A stretch of DNA of 64,000 bases, taken from contig NC_043013.1 of NCBI RefSeq assembly GCF_006345805.1, forward strand, positions 25,420,001-25,484,000, read 5' to 3'. Source of the DNA: Octopus sinensis (lineage: Eukaryota). A program made the translations under genes and the position numbers. The notes beneath the pieces are model-generated. The model was not told where the DNA came from, made no database searches, and saw only the letters and a program-made list of their open reading frames with translations. Shown one piece after another: positions 51,086 through 63,955 of this stretch; within the stretch, counting starts at the first letter, position 1; each line of letters begins with the position of its first letter.

Positions 51086-52843
51086 TATTATTATTACATA
51101 GTTCCCCTTTGACATGGATGACTGCATAGTGTAGTTGGCTGACAGATAACCCTAAGCACCATACTAATTAGGCTGGTGTCACTTAAAAAGCTGCTGGTAC
51201 ATTCTGCAAAATGGTTAGCATTAGGAAGGACATCTGGTCAAAGAATCCATGGTCAAACAGACAAATTGAGCCTGGTGGAGTTCTCTAGCTTGCCAGCTCT
51301 GGTCAAATAGTCCAACCCATACCAGCATGGAAAACAGACTTTAAATGATGATGATGATGATGGAGAGGTATTCATTAGCATTACAACATACTCATTCCAC
51401 AAACCATGTAGAGTATGAAGAAAATCTAGCTGATCCCCTGCTCTCCATCATGAAGCTGGAGTGGCAGTAGAAAGCTACTGGTTCCCGAGACGCAGGATCA
51501 CGGGTGCTGCTTGATCAGAGTTGACCTAATGTTAAACAACAGCAAATCACAACTGAGAGGGGCTTTTGCTGATGCAGCTCTAATGTAAGCTAATCTTTTT
51601 CAAAATGATGAAAGATCAATAGGACTGGGGTTCTGAAATATGAAACAGATGTGGCCATTACCAGTGCTGGTGGTACGCAATAAGCATCATTCATTCATGG
51701 GACGCTGCCAGAGTTACCTAACTGGCTCCCCGTGCTGGTGACGTAAAAAGCACCATCCGAATGTGGTTGATGCCAGTCCCTCTGCTCCAAGTGGCTCCTG
51801 TGCCAGTGACACGTAAAAAGCACCATCCGAACATGGCTGATGTCAGTACCACCTGACTTGCTCACATGCTGGTGGCACATAAAAAACACCCACTACATTC
51901 TTGGTGTGGTTGGCGTTAGGAAGGGCTTCCAGCTGTAGAAACCTTGCCAGATCAGATTGGAGCCTGGTGTGGCCTCCTGGCTTGCCAGTCTCCAGTCAAA
52001 CTGTCAAACCTATGCTAGCATGAAAAACGGATGTTAAACAATGATGATGGTGATAAGGAAAAAAAATATCTAGCCAAGGATAAACTAAATACAGCCAATG
52101 AAAGCCAATGGAATACTTGTAAATGTATAATGATGTTGCAATTTACAACAGTGAATGATATTACACTGCAAATATAAAACTAGGTGAACTCAGCCATTAA
52201 GATTTAACAGTTTAGCAATCACATTATAGTCATATGTAATTCTTATTTATTCTCATTGATTCAAATTAATCCTGCATTATCTAACAGGTTTCAGATTTCT
52301 TTTAGAATGACATTGCAAAGTAGGAGTGAGAGGCTGGATTTAGCCAGTTTGAACATAAAACAAGTAGACTATTTGGGCTTGATATGCCCAGTTTAACCCT
52401 TTCATTACCAACCCAGCTGAAACTGGCTCTGAGTACAAATATCTTGTTTTCATAAGTTTTGAATTAAAATCTTCCACCAAACCTTAGTCACAATTTATGT
52501 TCCTAACACTAGCTTAATGATAACCAAATTATTTTACTAAATTCTTCGTTGTATTTAAAATTAATTGAAAGAAACACAGATCATCTCAACAGAAATATGG
52601 TAAGAAAAGGGTTAAAATATATAATAGAGAAACAATTTTTAAGTGCTGAAGGGTTAAATCTGCTGTTCATAGCTATGATACAATTGAGGAAAATGTGAAC
52701 TTGTAGCATCTCAGATCATTGTCCAGCAATGCATCAAATCAACCATTTGTGTTCTAATCTAATATAGTTTCTCACCCTACATAAGAGAGTAAATACAATG
52801 GTTGAAATAAAATATTGAAATGAACTTCAAATAATGTACTTAC

Positions 52844-53031
52844 CATGTCAACTAAAGCAATATAAAGAAACATGCCTCCAACAGCTGCAAAAATCCAAAC
52901 TGTGACTGAATTTATATTACCAAGTAACACTCCAATTATCATTCCAAAAAGGCAGAGCACAGAAGAAATAATGTTGTAGGTTATGGCTTTACGAAGACTC
53001 ATGCCAGCCCTCAGTAATACTGCAAAATCTC
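52844..53031 (-). CDS. SLC39A10: ZIP transporter exon (TM5 end to TM7)
   Basis: TTTTGCAG acceptor, GTAAGT donor; GDFAVLLRAGMSLRKA...GMFLYIALVDM; phase 1-0. Confidence 0.95.
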
Positions 53032-53239
53032 CTGCAAAACAGTAAACAGCATTAAGTTTAATAAATTACATAATATTTGGCCTCATTTTGTTTGTTGTTA
53101 ACACAACGTTTCAGGTGATATACCCTCCAGCCTTTATCAAATGTCTTGGTGAAATTCTGAACCTGGGCTTCTCATTCCTTAAGTATTTTCTGATATTATT
53201 ATTATTATTATTCAGGTCAAAGAGTACAAATGCAAATAC

Positions 53240-53460
53240 AAGCGGACAAAATGGGGTGCCTGCAAAAGATCTCTGGAGCAACAATTATTTCATAGGGGTT
53301 CACAGCCTGGAGATCAGGAACCCTTTCAGACTGAGCTGTTACTTCTCCATATTGAGAGGTTACGGCTTTGGTATGACAGACATGATTAGAATATCACAGG
53401 AAAGAATTGCAAGATGGATTCTTCAAGTGGCGCCAATGGTGGGCAGCTTCTTTTGGCTGT
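53240..53460 (+). mobile_element. Decayed RTE-like LINE C-terminal fragment
   Basis: LLLHIERLRLW / RISQERIARWILQ remnants. Confidence 0.5.
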
Positions 53461-54091
53461 GATGGTCAGTTCTGTTGTTGTTTCAAAGGTTTCTGTTACT
53501 TCTGCTGTATTTATTAGTATTATAGTTGCCGGTGTTGTTGTTGTTATTGTACTTGATGTAGTTGGGATCAGAGCAGTTGTTTCTGAGCAGAAGGCCCTTA
53601 GATGGTTGGCAGCACATCAGAGGTACCACAAACCGACACATCTACAAATAGCTTGATCAAATCATGGCTACTTCCACACCTTTCCTGACTCACTTGGTTT
53701 AGGATTTCTCTTAGTATCCCTGATCAGTTCTCCTGCTGTAACTTATCTACTGCTCCAGGATAGGGGACTTACTTCCACCAGATGTTTTTTCCTGGCAACA
53801 TCACCACCACCTTCAACTTTGTTGTCCCGTCCTTATATGAAAGAATGAGGATAAAGTCCTCGTTCTTTACTAGAGAGACAACATACACATCATACTTTTT
53901 ACTGGTTGATGTCCCTCTTTCTGTGATGTTAGGAGAATCAAGTATTATAGAGTGTGGCAGATAAGATAGCCAAACAGACAAGTGGGAGCCAGTAGCTAAG
54001 ACTGGCAGTCATGTTTGTAGACAGCCAAATTCAGAAAGATCATAAAGACAGAGAGAAGAGATAGAATATGAAAGAGGAGATGGAATGAAAG

Positions 54092-54166
<75 letters not shown>

Positions 54167-54470
54167 GATAGCAGAGTGGTTAGGAAGACATTGGAAAATA
54201 AACAGAAAGAATGGAGGCAGAAGAACTAAAGGAAAATATGCACACAAAACATAGTGGAAAAGAAAGAACAATGAAATATGTGAGTAAAAGAAACTAATAA
54301 AGGATTGTGAGTAGAAATAAAAAAGAATAACTGAAAGAAAGCAAAATGAAACAAGAAAAAAATGGGAGCAATGTTTGAAGTAAAAGCAATATTTCTGAAA
54401 GGAGGTCAAAATAATTCTTATTATTTTTAACAAGAACTACATTAGTAAAGACAACAAGTAGCAAGATTTC

Positions 54471-54673
54471 TGGATCTTTTCCTTTTGAACGGCAGTTTTC
54501 AACACAATTTCTAGTTAACTAAAGTGGAAATATCTTACAAACTATAGAATTTTCTCAATAAAGTCAAGAAAAAGTGATGTTTTATAAACACATTCTACCA
54601 GTATATGAAGTTTAAAAGTGTTTAGTTAACTAGAAATTGTGTTGACATATGCCGTTCAAAAGGAAAAGATCCA
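54471..54673. mobile_element. MITE with about 55-bp TIRs and 6-bp TSD (GATTTC)
   Basis: GATTTC|TGGATCTTTTCCTTTTGAACGGCA ... TGCCGTTCAAAAGGAAAAGATCCA|GATTTC. Confidence 0.8.
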
Positions 54674-55515
54674 GATTTCTGTGAGATAAGGAAAGTTTCT
54701 TTACAAACAATTTCATTTTGTTTTCTAAGTGAAGGTTTTTTAAAGTTAATTTCCATCACTAAGATATAACAAACTTATAAATTTTCAAAAAATTCAAATG
54801 GCTGAGCTGAAGGTAGATTACTAGTCCATATGTAAATAGATGCAATAAGAGAGTACAGTATGATGATAAAAAGAAATTTGCTTATATAATCGACACAGTT
54901 TGTCAGCCTACACTACTGAGCTTAAATACCCTCATGGCTACAATTTAAAGAGAAATGGAATCTTTGTATTTGACTTCGTCTAGCTATAGTATATGAAAAT
55001 GAAAACTCCATTAGTTTTCTTGGGTCTTGGGAAAACCTGCCTGTCATTTTAAAGTACATTTTATTAAACGAGACCCACCAATATGTAATATCTGGGGGTT
55101 TTTTCTTTCTACAAAGCAGGCATTCAAACAACCTAGTAAAATGAAGTCTCAGTGAATCAAAAATAATTAAACTTAGATTTCTTAACTTAAAAGTGACACT
55201 ACATTAAGATAATCTTATCTTTCGGGTATTTTCATTATTTCAATATCGTAATAGCTTAAATGCTTGAACAGTAAATGTTCAGTAGTCAAGAAATAATGGA
55301 AAAGGAAAAGTCCTAGCAGCACAGAGGTTTACAAAACTCTAGGTAAAAGTACTGTAGGAACAAATGGAAAGAAATTGCCATTGCATATTAGAAAAGAAAC
55401 ACATCAAAAACTGTTTCGTTTTGTACCTGAAAACAATGGATGATCCAGAATAGTTGTAAGACTAACACATTAAATATTTGTGTGCAAATATATCAAAACC
55501 AGAATTGGTACAAAC

Positions 55516-55857
55516 CTATTTCATGAGGTAGTTCATGACAAAGTACAGCTATGGCCGTGCTGCATCCTACTGTTGTACTGAAACCAAAAGCGGCCCCAAT
55601 TGCTAGACCGTCACACAAGTTATGGATACCGTCACCAATAACAACAATCCAAGCCATTGCAGGAATATTGTGGCCATCTGCATCAATGCAGGGGACATGA
55701 GAATGACCATGTTGCTGGTAAAAACTAGAGGTATTTTGGTTATTCGGACCATGTGATGGGGACATCATTGTTGTGTGCTCTTCATCTGACTGCTGAACCT
55801 GCTGTTGGTTACATTCTATCATATCAGCATGGCTATCTTCAGCCAAGTCTTTTAATG
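55516..55857 (-). CDS. SLC39A10: ZIP transporter exon (cytoplasmic His loop, TM4, TM5 HELPHE)
   Basis: HGHSH, GDGIHNLCDGLAIGAAF, CHELPHEIG; phase 1-1, 342 nt. Confidence 0.95.
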
Positions 55858-57172
55858 CTGCAAATAAAGGAAAAGAGAGAGAAAAATAAATCAACAGACT
55901 ACAACATATTTTGTCCAACAGATTTTCTTAGAGCTTGAAATGGTTTTTGTTTAATGAAAGAAAATATAAATGTAGACAGAGTTAACAAAAAAAAAAAATT
56001 TTTAACTGAGGTAAAATAATCAGGTTATTTTAAAATTAATCAAGTGACTTTTTTTAAGCCAAATCAATGCCATTGTGAAACAGAATCACTGAATTATGTT
56101 GAGGTTATAAAATATTAGCTAACATGTTATATAAACTGTCGTTTCAGACAAGGTTGGAAAGAAAACTATAACAGAGACAGGTTCAAGATTCCATGAAAAA
56201 ATACTTTTGCAAGAAAGCTTCGTAAAAACATCATTTAGAAAATAATTTCAAAAAGCTTTTGTATACTTTGAAATCTAAACAAAAGCATTTCTCAACCATT
56301 CACGACCAGATGTTTACAAGACAGTTCCATACAAACTATAGTAAATCAATAGTCTTTTGTTACAAAAGGTTTGTCCTCATTATTATTTTTCTTAAAAAAG
56401 CATTTATTTTAAGGGAAGTGGTTCATAAAAATGTTGCTAAATAATACATCATTATTTAGTATTGCTCAGTCAACACATATGGCTAAGCACCTTTAGTATA
56501 GAACCTTGGCAAGTTCAACTTAGCTTTTTTTATTCTTCCAAAACCAATAAAATGTATTTGTTAGTTGTTGAGTCTTTCTGTTCAGGTGTTTGCCTTATGC
56601 TGCGTAAACATGTGGCAAATACCTGAGCGTATGAAGATACCTTTTAAGCTTAAACAAGCAGCATGTCATGTAAGTTCCAGGTGTGACTATCTGAAAATGA
56701 CAGTAAATATATGTTACCTGAAAATCTGCAGCTAAAAGTAGATGGTCTCCATTTTAAAGATGGCAGTATTTTGCCAAAATAAAGTTGGTCTTTTACATTA
56801 AGTAGCAGAGAATGACTATACAGACTCTCCTTCACTAGCCAATAAGTACCTGAAGAATTTCTAGGATGTCTTCTGTTTGCAATCAAAATTGGCCTTATAC
56901 TTGATATTTTTGTGACCATATTTCTAACAAACTTACATAATGCCTTTGTATTTTAATTTTATTAATGATAAATAAGAATTATGAAAAGCTTAAGGAAATA
57001 ACTAACATACAACATAATGAAATCCAACATTTTTCATGTAACATGATGTTAGTCCAAGATTTCAAAATTTGAACACTTCTAATAGAGGTAGTTATGGGCA
57101 GGTTGGTGTTGAAAGGCTTCAGAAAGCAATCATTACATAATACAATTTACAACTGTAAAAGAGCACACATAC

Positions 57173-57314
57173 CTCTGTTAGGGTGTACCATCATAACAAC
57201 ATCTTCACAAGATTGATAGTGTGAACTGCGGCTACGATGAGAGCTTAATTTGTTTCCAATACTAGAGTCTCCTTCTGAAATAGTTGAAACATGGGAGCAG
57301 TTTCGCTTCTTCTT
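57173..57314 (-). CDS. SLC39A10: ZIP transporter exon (cytoplasmic loop)
   Basis: TTTCAG acceptor, GTATGT donor; KKKRNCSH...SCEDVVMMVHPNR; phase 0-1. Confidence 0.85.
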
Positions 57315-57464
57315 CTGAAAGTAAAACAATTCATATTATTTATTGATTTATTTGATTTTATACTTTGATTTTCTACTTTAAAAATTCTTTAATCAAAACC
57401 ACTAAAGTTCTTATGGGTTCCTAAAAGGCCAATACCCCAGGCTCTGTTTCCATGGTATTTGTTT

Positions 57465-57672
57465 CTACTCTAGGCACAAGGCCCGAAATTTTGAGGGAAG
57501 GGGCCAGTTGATTAGATTGACCCCAGTACGCAACTGGTACTTAATTTATTGACCCCCAAAAGGATGAAAGGCAAAGTCGACCTTGATGGAATTGAACTCA
57601 GAATGTAAAGACAAACGAAATACCACTAAGTATTTCACCCGGCGTGCTAACATTTCTGCCAGCTTGCTGCCT
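57465..57672 (-). mobile_element. Near-complete SINE family A copy (others at 37185-37395, 37615-38042, 44895-45125, 47270-47460, 50320-50515)
   Basis: Family match. Confidence 0.8.
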
Positions 57673-58002
57673 TCCTTGGTATTAAACACTTAAAGGTATC
57701 TGCGGAACTAGTATGATCATTGCATATGATTTTCAGAGATATGCATTTTCATCCTCAAATTAGGTGAACAGAAGTAGAGAACAAGCCCACTACACGCTGA
57801 CAGTTCACCATAGAGGCTACCAACTTCATCTTGTAAAATATTCTGTTGCAGAAATGGTGACAAATGCAAAGCAAATGGTTACAGTCAAATGTTCCACAAA
57901 AAATAAATTAAGAGAACAAACAATTTAATAGATATTCAAAAAACATAATGCTAATGTTAGTTTGTGTGTGTGTGCATGTGGATATATACATATATATATA
58001 TA

Positions 58003-58236
58003 TAGGGTAGCCCAAAAGTAGGTATACAGTTATTCAACTGTCTTTTTCGCATACATATATTAACAATTTAGGTCTTGATTATAAAAAAAAATATGAAACC
58101 ATTATTCTATGCTAATTTAGTTAATATTGTTAACCTCCCTTTTCAGTTTGCAAGATAGAAATTTAAATGTAATAAAATGTTTTAAAAGAAATTTAAAGTG
58201 CCTACGCAATAAATGTAAACCTACTTTTGGGCCACC

Positions 58237-58239
<3 letters not shown>
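58003..58239. mobile_element. Tc1/mariner-type MITE related to 14255-14505
   Basis: AGGGTAGCCCAAAAGTAGGT ... ACCTACTTTTGGGCCACCCTG|TA. Confidence 0.8.
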
Positions 58240-58277
<38 letters not shown>

Positions 58278-58621
58278 ATCATTGTTTAACATCTGCCTTC
58301 CATGCTGGCATGGGTGGAACCGTTTGACAGGAGTTAGCCAGGCAGAAGCCTGCACCAGACTCCAGTCTGATTTGGCATGGTTTTCTACGGCTGGATGCCC
58401 TTCCTAACACCAACTGCTCAGAGTGTAATAATGGATACTTTTACGTAACACTGGCATGGGTGCCAATTTGTGTGACACCGGTACCTGACACGACTGTGAT
58501 TTTGCTTGGCTTGATGGGTCTTCTTCTCAAGCATGACAATGCCATTGGTCATTGACTCCAAGAGGCCCAACACTTGAAAGGAACTCAGCCACTTTGCCTC
58601 TATGAGGGCCAACACTCTCAT

Positions 58622-58674
<53 letters not shown>

Positions 58675-58687
58675 TACATACACACAC

Positions 58688-58718
<31 letters not shown>

Positions 58719-58763
58719 AATAGCTAAAACACTGCCAGCTATTTCTCCCACCCCACTCCCCTT

Positions 58764-58943
58764 AGCCAATCTTTACACCAGCATCTTACACTGTATCAAG
58801 TGTCGCAATGGATAGTGTAGATGTATAGAAAATAAAAAGATGTGATAATAGACAGCCAATCTTTACACCAGCATCTTACACTGTATCAAGTGTCGCAATG
58901 GATAGTGTAGATGTATAGAAAATAAAAAGATGTGATAATAGAC
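58764..58943. repeat. Perfect 90-bp tandem duplication
   Basis: Two identical units starting 58764 and 58854. Confidence 0.95.
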
Positions 58944-59042
58944 ATACTACACAAACTAACAGGAAAATGCCAAGAAAGTGAAGTTTTTTGCAGACATATA
59001 GATTTGTATATACACAGAAATGAGAAACGAGGACAAATTTAC

Positions 59043-59213
59043 CTTATTTCTTTTTTCAGTACGCATTAATGTAACAATTGTCATAACTCTTTCCATAATG
59101 AAAAAAACAACAATTCCAAGCAATCCAACCATTCCTTTTAAAATGGAACTTCTATCATGAGGAACAGAATGAGAGTCGTCACACTGACTATGATCATGGT
59201 TATTTACGAAAGC
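59043..59213 (-). CDS. SLC39A10: ZIP transporter exon (TM2-TM3 loop, TM3)
   Basis: TATTCAG acceptor, GTAAAT donor; AFVNNHDH...KGMVGLLGIVVFFIMERV; 171 nt phase 0-0; not in the ORF track. Confidence 0.9.
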
Positions 59214-60426
59214 CTGAATAGAGTTTTAAAGAAAATGTAAATTATCACGAGTATGAACATAAAATGATAATGAGAACAAATGGACATAAATAAAACACAC
59301 AATGCCCACCAAGCCTCTAAACTTCCCTTGTTAGTTTTATTTCTAATATGTTTATAAACAGAGATTTGGCATGAAAGTAGAGGGCAGTCTTCTTACATCA
59401 ACACAAAAGAGTGAAGGGAGTGACAAATTTTCTTTCTTTGACATACTATGCTTTAATTACGATGTGAAAAGTGAACAGTTAAGCCAAACCTCCAGGAACT
59501 GTCATCAACAAGTAATTAAATGGTTATGGGATGGATGAAAATACAAAGTTCATCATCATCTAATGTCTATGTTCCATACTGGCATGGGTTGGATGGCTTG
59601 AGAGGAACTGGCAAGGTCAGGAGGCACACCAGGTTCCATTGTCTGTTTTGGTTTGATTTCTACAACTGGATGCCCTTCATAATGCCAATCATTTTACAGA
59701 GTGCTTTTTACGTGGCCCCTACACCAAAGCCTTTTAAATTTGAATGTTCATATCTGAATAGGTTCTTCTCAAGAAGAACTGATCATTGCTTTTCATAAAT
59801 GTTGTCATCATCAGTTGATTACCTGACACTGTAGCATTTTCACCGTAAGGCTGTTTAAAAAGCCTAAAAGTATGCTTATTGCTTGCTAAAAATGACAAGA
59901 TTTCTTGTAAAAGGAAAGCTATGCCTTGTCTTTTAGCATGAAGCATATAAAAATTTAATCACTATCTTCAGACCATGCAAAACGGTTGTCATAAATACCC
60001 CACTCTAACAGGATAAAAAAAAAAAGATTAGAATAATTCAAAAATCAGTAAATAAAACAATGCTGATGGTACTTCATGATCTGCACAGAAATGCATACAT
60101 TTCATCATCATCATCGTTTAACGTCCGTTCTCCATGCTAGCATGGATTGGACGGTTCGACCGGGGATCTGGGAAACCAGAAGGCTGCAATATATATTTAC
60201 AAGAATTATTGTCCCAAGAGCAGTTCATGATCACTTCATATACATTTTATGTTTGTATGGTAAAGATAAATTCCCTGGACAATTTAGATTTGCTTCAAGA
60301 TAAGCTGTAGCTATTAAAAACTAACCTAAGAGAAAAATTTTGAAAACATTAAATCTTGATTTTTCTCTAACATGTTAGAAACAATTAAAATGACAAATAA
60401 CAATGAGAGACTAGAATTATACATAC

Positions 60427-60596
60427 ATGAGGTAGTAGGTGAAGAAGTGCATCACCGGAGAGTGCTCCAATAGCGACTGCTACTAACCACTGAAGCAGAT
60501 GGTTATAAAACACTCTCTGCATAAATGGAATTAAACAAACACCAAATAACCCAACAGAGCTGATACCAAGTACTGCTAAGAAACTCCACAGCCAGA
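60427..60596 (-). CDS. SLC39A10: ZIP transporter exon (TM1-TM2)
   Basis: VWLWSFLAVLGISSVGLFGVCLIP...GALSGDALLHLLPH; phase 1-0. Confidence 0.95.
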
Positions 60597-60699
60597 CTGA
60601 AATAAAACAAAACAAAAGTTAAAACAATAACATGTATGAAAATAATCAATGTGTCACTAATCGTATCAAATATTGAAATAATATGCGAAAGGGTACTAC

Positions 60700-60958
60700 C
60701 TTCATAAGGTATATTGGAAACAGTTCGTGTTGGACATGTAGTGTTGTGTTCATGACTAGCGTCCATGTGTCCCGTGTGTTCATGATTATGGTCATCATGA
60801 TTATGTTGATGATTGTGTTCACTATCGTTATGATGGTTACAGGCTTTGCTATCAAGCTGCTGAAGGAAAGCTGGGCATAGACTGATAAACTGTTCTGAAG
60901 TCAATTTATTGGTGTTAGTGAAATGGAAAATAGACAGGTAGTCGGTCAACGACATACA
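60700..60958 (-). CDS. SLC39A10: ZIP transporter exon (cysteine-flanked CPA(L/F) ectodomain core plus His-rich linker); LIV-1 subfamily, ZIP10/ZIP6/foi-like (ortholog label tentative)
   Basis: TTTGTAG acceptor, GTAGTA donor; CMSLTDYL...LCPAFLQQLDSKAC; phase 0-1. Confidence 0.9.
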
Positions 60959-61150
60959 CTACAAAAAAAAAAAAAATTAAATTAAGTTAGATTTCAAAAA
61001 GTTTAAAAAGCAATATATAGAAGTAAAATGTGAAAAGAGAAAATAAACAAAGGGAAGCAATTAAAAAAAAAAATCACCATCCTCACCAAAAGTGATGATT
61101 ATCTCTCTTGAATATTTGGTATCTTTTTAAATATTGTCTGCTGTTTCGTC

Positions 61151-61400
61151 CTTACCAGTCGCGGGTCCTATATAGGAACTGCAGCCCCCCCCCTCCATTT
61201 CCACTCAATATTATCGATAACGCTCAATATGACGAGTCCTTTTTTTCTTTAATGCTTTCTTTATACTTGTACATTATATAATCCTTAAGCTTAATGCCAG
61301 TAGCCATTCCCTAGTTTATGAAAAGAAATACAAAAATCCTTGTATAGAGCTATGCACTTCACAATTCCAGTGACGCAGTGTTTGGCTGTTGTGTGCACGC
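61151..61400 (-). promoter_or_regulatory. Candidate internal promoter/enhancer of the ZIP gene: CArG box 61167-61176, overlapping MRE cores 61391-61400, splice donor 61155
   Basis: CCTATATAGG; TGCACGC (+) and TGCACAC (-); CTG|GTAAGG; local CpG cluster. Confidence 0.35.
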
Positions 61401-63740
61401 TCACATGTTCTAGATAGGAAGCTTCACACTAGGGACAGAGAGCACTACATGAATGACAGTGCCAGGTGTTTCTTTTTGACTCTGCATGTGTTGTGCTGAG
61501 AAACGTGTTTATATTCTTGAATGTGATAAAGTGTAGAATTAGATTATTATCCTGCTTCAGACTGCAGTGTTGCAGCTAGGATTTGAAAAATAGGGCACAT
61601 TTCCCCAGCTTATTTCGTGATTTAGGAGGGATTTTTGAAAACAAGGGGGAATTCAGTGGTGTTCAGTGAACAAATTAAATACATTACCCGGCAGTGGCAA
61701 GTTTATGTATAAATTTTCTTTTTATATGTTTGTTTCCTTTTACACAATATTAAAACAATGGCTAGAAATTTTCTGAAGCAGCACCCCACTCCACTAATTT
61801 TATCAACAAGCTGCCACTGGTCCCTACATAATTTACTCTACAATTTTGATTTACTAGAAATAACAGTCAAATTGCAGCTCAAACCACATCACACTGCCTT
61901 AAAAATGGAAGAACACATTGGATAATGTAGTTCTGGGTATGCTATACTTTAAAATTAGACAGGAGGGTCATAATTAGAATGCTTTCAGTCATTCCACTGA
62001 ATAAGAAGTAGATAAGCATCAAACATTACAAACTATTCACTAGCTTGCTGCATGTCGTTTAAAACCATCTGAGAGTGAAATTTAAAATGGATTGGCTTTC
62101 CCCAGAGTCTATGGTGGAAGCTCATCGACAAGTGAAAAGAACACATACATCTACAGGTGTTTCTTAACATTTTTGGCTGTATTCTCCTCGATACAATTTC
62201 ACCAATCTGATTTCAATTCACACATAAGTAAAATAAAATGTAAAAAAAACAAACAAACAAAAGAGCCTTTATACAACACAATTTATTGTACGGCAGTCTT
62301 AGCATTAGTATGCTGGCATCACATAATGAAACAGCCACTACATTCTTTGAAGTGGTTGGCATTAAGTTGTTTCTATACAGCCATAGAAACCCAACCAAAA
62401 CAGTCGACTGGAGCCTAGTATAGCCCTCCAGTTTGCCAGCTCTTGTCGAGCTGTCCAACCTATAACAGCACAAAAGACAGACATTGAAGAAATTGAATCA
62501 TGCAAATTCAGTAAATAATGAAAATAATTTTTAATCAAAAATCAATTTCGCCCACAGGAATCTCTAAATTCCCCTTTGTTGAATCTTGAAATTTCCCCTT
62601 TGTTCAGAATTGAAAATCTAATGTATCTGAGGGGGAAATTGAAGAAACTCACCAGGACCAGGACATCCTGGCTAGATTACTGTCCACTGAAGTGTCTGCA
62701 TGTATAGAATATCATTTGATAAGGCCACACTTGGCCCATAAATTCAATCTGTTGTGTGTATAAACTGGCTAGACCTGGCCTCTCACACCAACCCTATAAC
62801 ATCAAAATATTGATGCTACAAGATAATGAATGATTAATTCAAAACAAGCATTACATTTGATGGAATAATCTGAATGCTAAAGTGTTAATTAATGTTAATG
62901 ATGATTAACATTAATTGCTAAATACATATTTAATCTTGCTGCAAAAAATATATGTATTTTATATTCTAGTATAACCAGTCCACTCAAAAAGTACCTTGGA
63001 TCATAGGGTGACATGCCGTGCATGAGGAGACCTATCAAGTCAAGTACATCAACAGCAATATCAAATCAAATGGAAATTGTAGTTGTGACCCCCATGCTGG
63101 TAGCATGTAAAAAGCACCATCTGAACGTGGCTGATGCCAGTGCCACTTTGACTGGCTTCCATGCTGGTGGCATGTAAAAAGCACCATCCAATTGTGGTCA
63201 ATGCCAGCTCCTCTGGCCCCTGTGCTGGTGGCACACAAAAAGAACCCACTATACTCTTGGAGCGGTTGGCGTTAGAAAGGGCATCCAGCTGTAGAAACAC
63301 TGTCAGATCAGATTGGGGCCTGGTGCAGCCACCTGGCGCCCCAGACCCCAGTTGAACCGTCCAACCCATGCCAGCATGGAAAACGGACGTTAAATGATGA
63401 TGATGATGAGTATGGAAAGCAGAACTTTTTCTTTTACATCCCTGCAATTGTGATACAAATTATCAACAACAGTTACATTCATTTAAGTTTTCCAATACAA
63501 GGCTACAATGGCCATCTTACACAGACTGTATGTAGCTTTAATAACTAATAATTTTTCATTTTAGATAATCAACAATGTGTTGACTGATGTAAATGTTGGT
63601 TGATTGGTTGGTTAGTCAGTTTCTTCCGTCAGGCTTGGCTGAGAAAAAAGAAGAGAGAGTAAAAGACAGTTAACATGAAAGGCACAGGATGGGTGCACAT
63701 ACAAAGCTAAGTGGCATGCAATGAATAAAGGAGCACTATA

Positions 63741-63955
63741 TGAAGCGGGTGCTGAAAAGTTCCTGGATTTAAGGGTATCAGGAAAGGCCTGGTCAGAGAC
63801 CCAACCTTCTGAGTTCTTTTACAGGGCTTAGAACAACTGAAGGACCATTGCAATGAGTGAGTGAATCTGAGAGAAATATGTTGAATAAACTCATAATTAA
63901 CTGATCCTCCTGTATTTTCTTCTACCTAAAACCAGGAACTTTTCAGCAATCCCTT
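63741..63955. mobile_element. Mariner-type MITE, same family as 2457-2673
   Basis: GGTGCTGAAAAGTTCCTGG ... CCAGGAACTTTTCAGCA. Confidence 0.75.

Noticed and set aside
56620-56920. 89-aa ORF inside a ZIP intron on the same strand
   Set aside because: No recognisable motif, and the flanking ZIP exons already join in frame without it
63420-63640. Upstream coding exon of the ZIP gene after a strong pyrimidine tract and AG
   Set aside because: Stops occur early in all three frames; at most a non-coding exon, and unsupported
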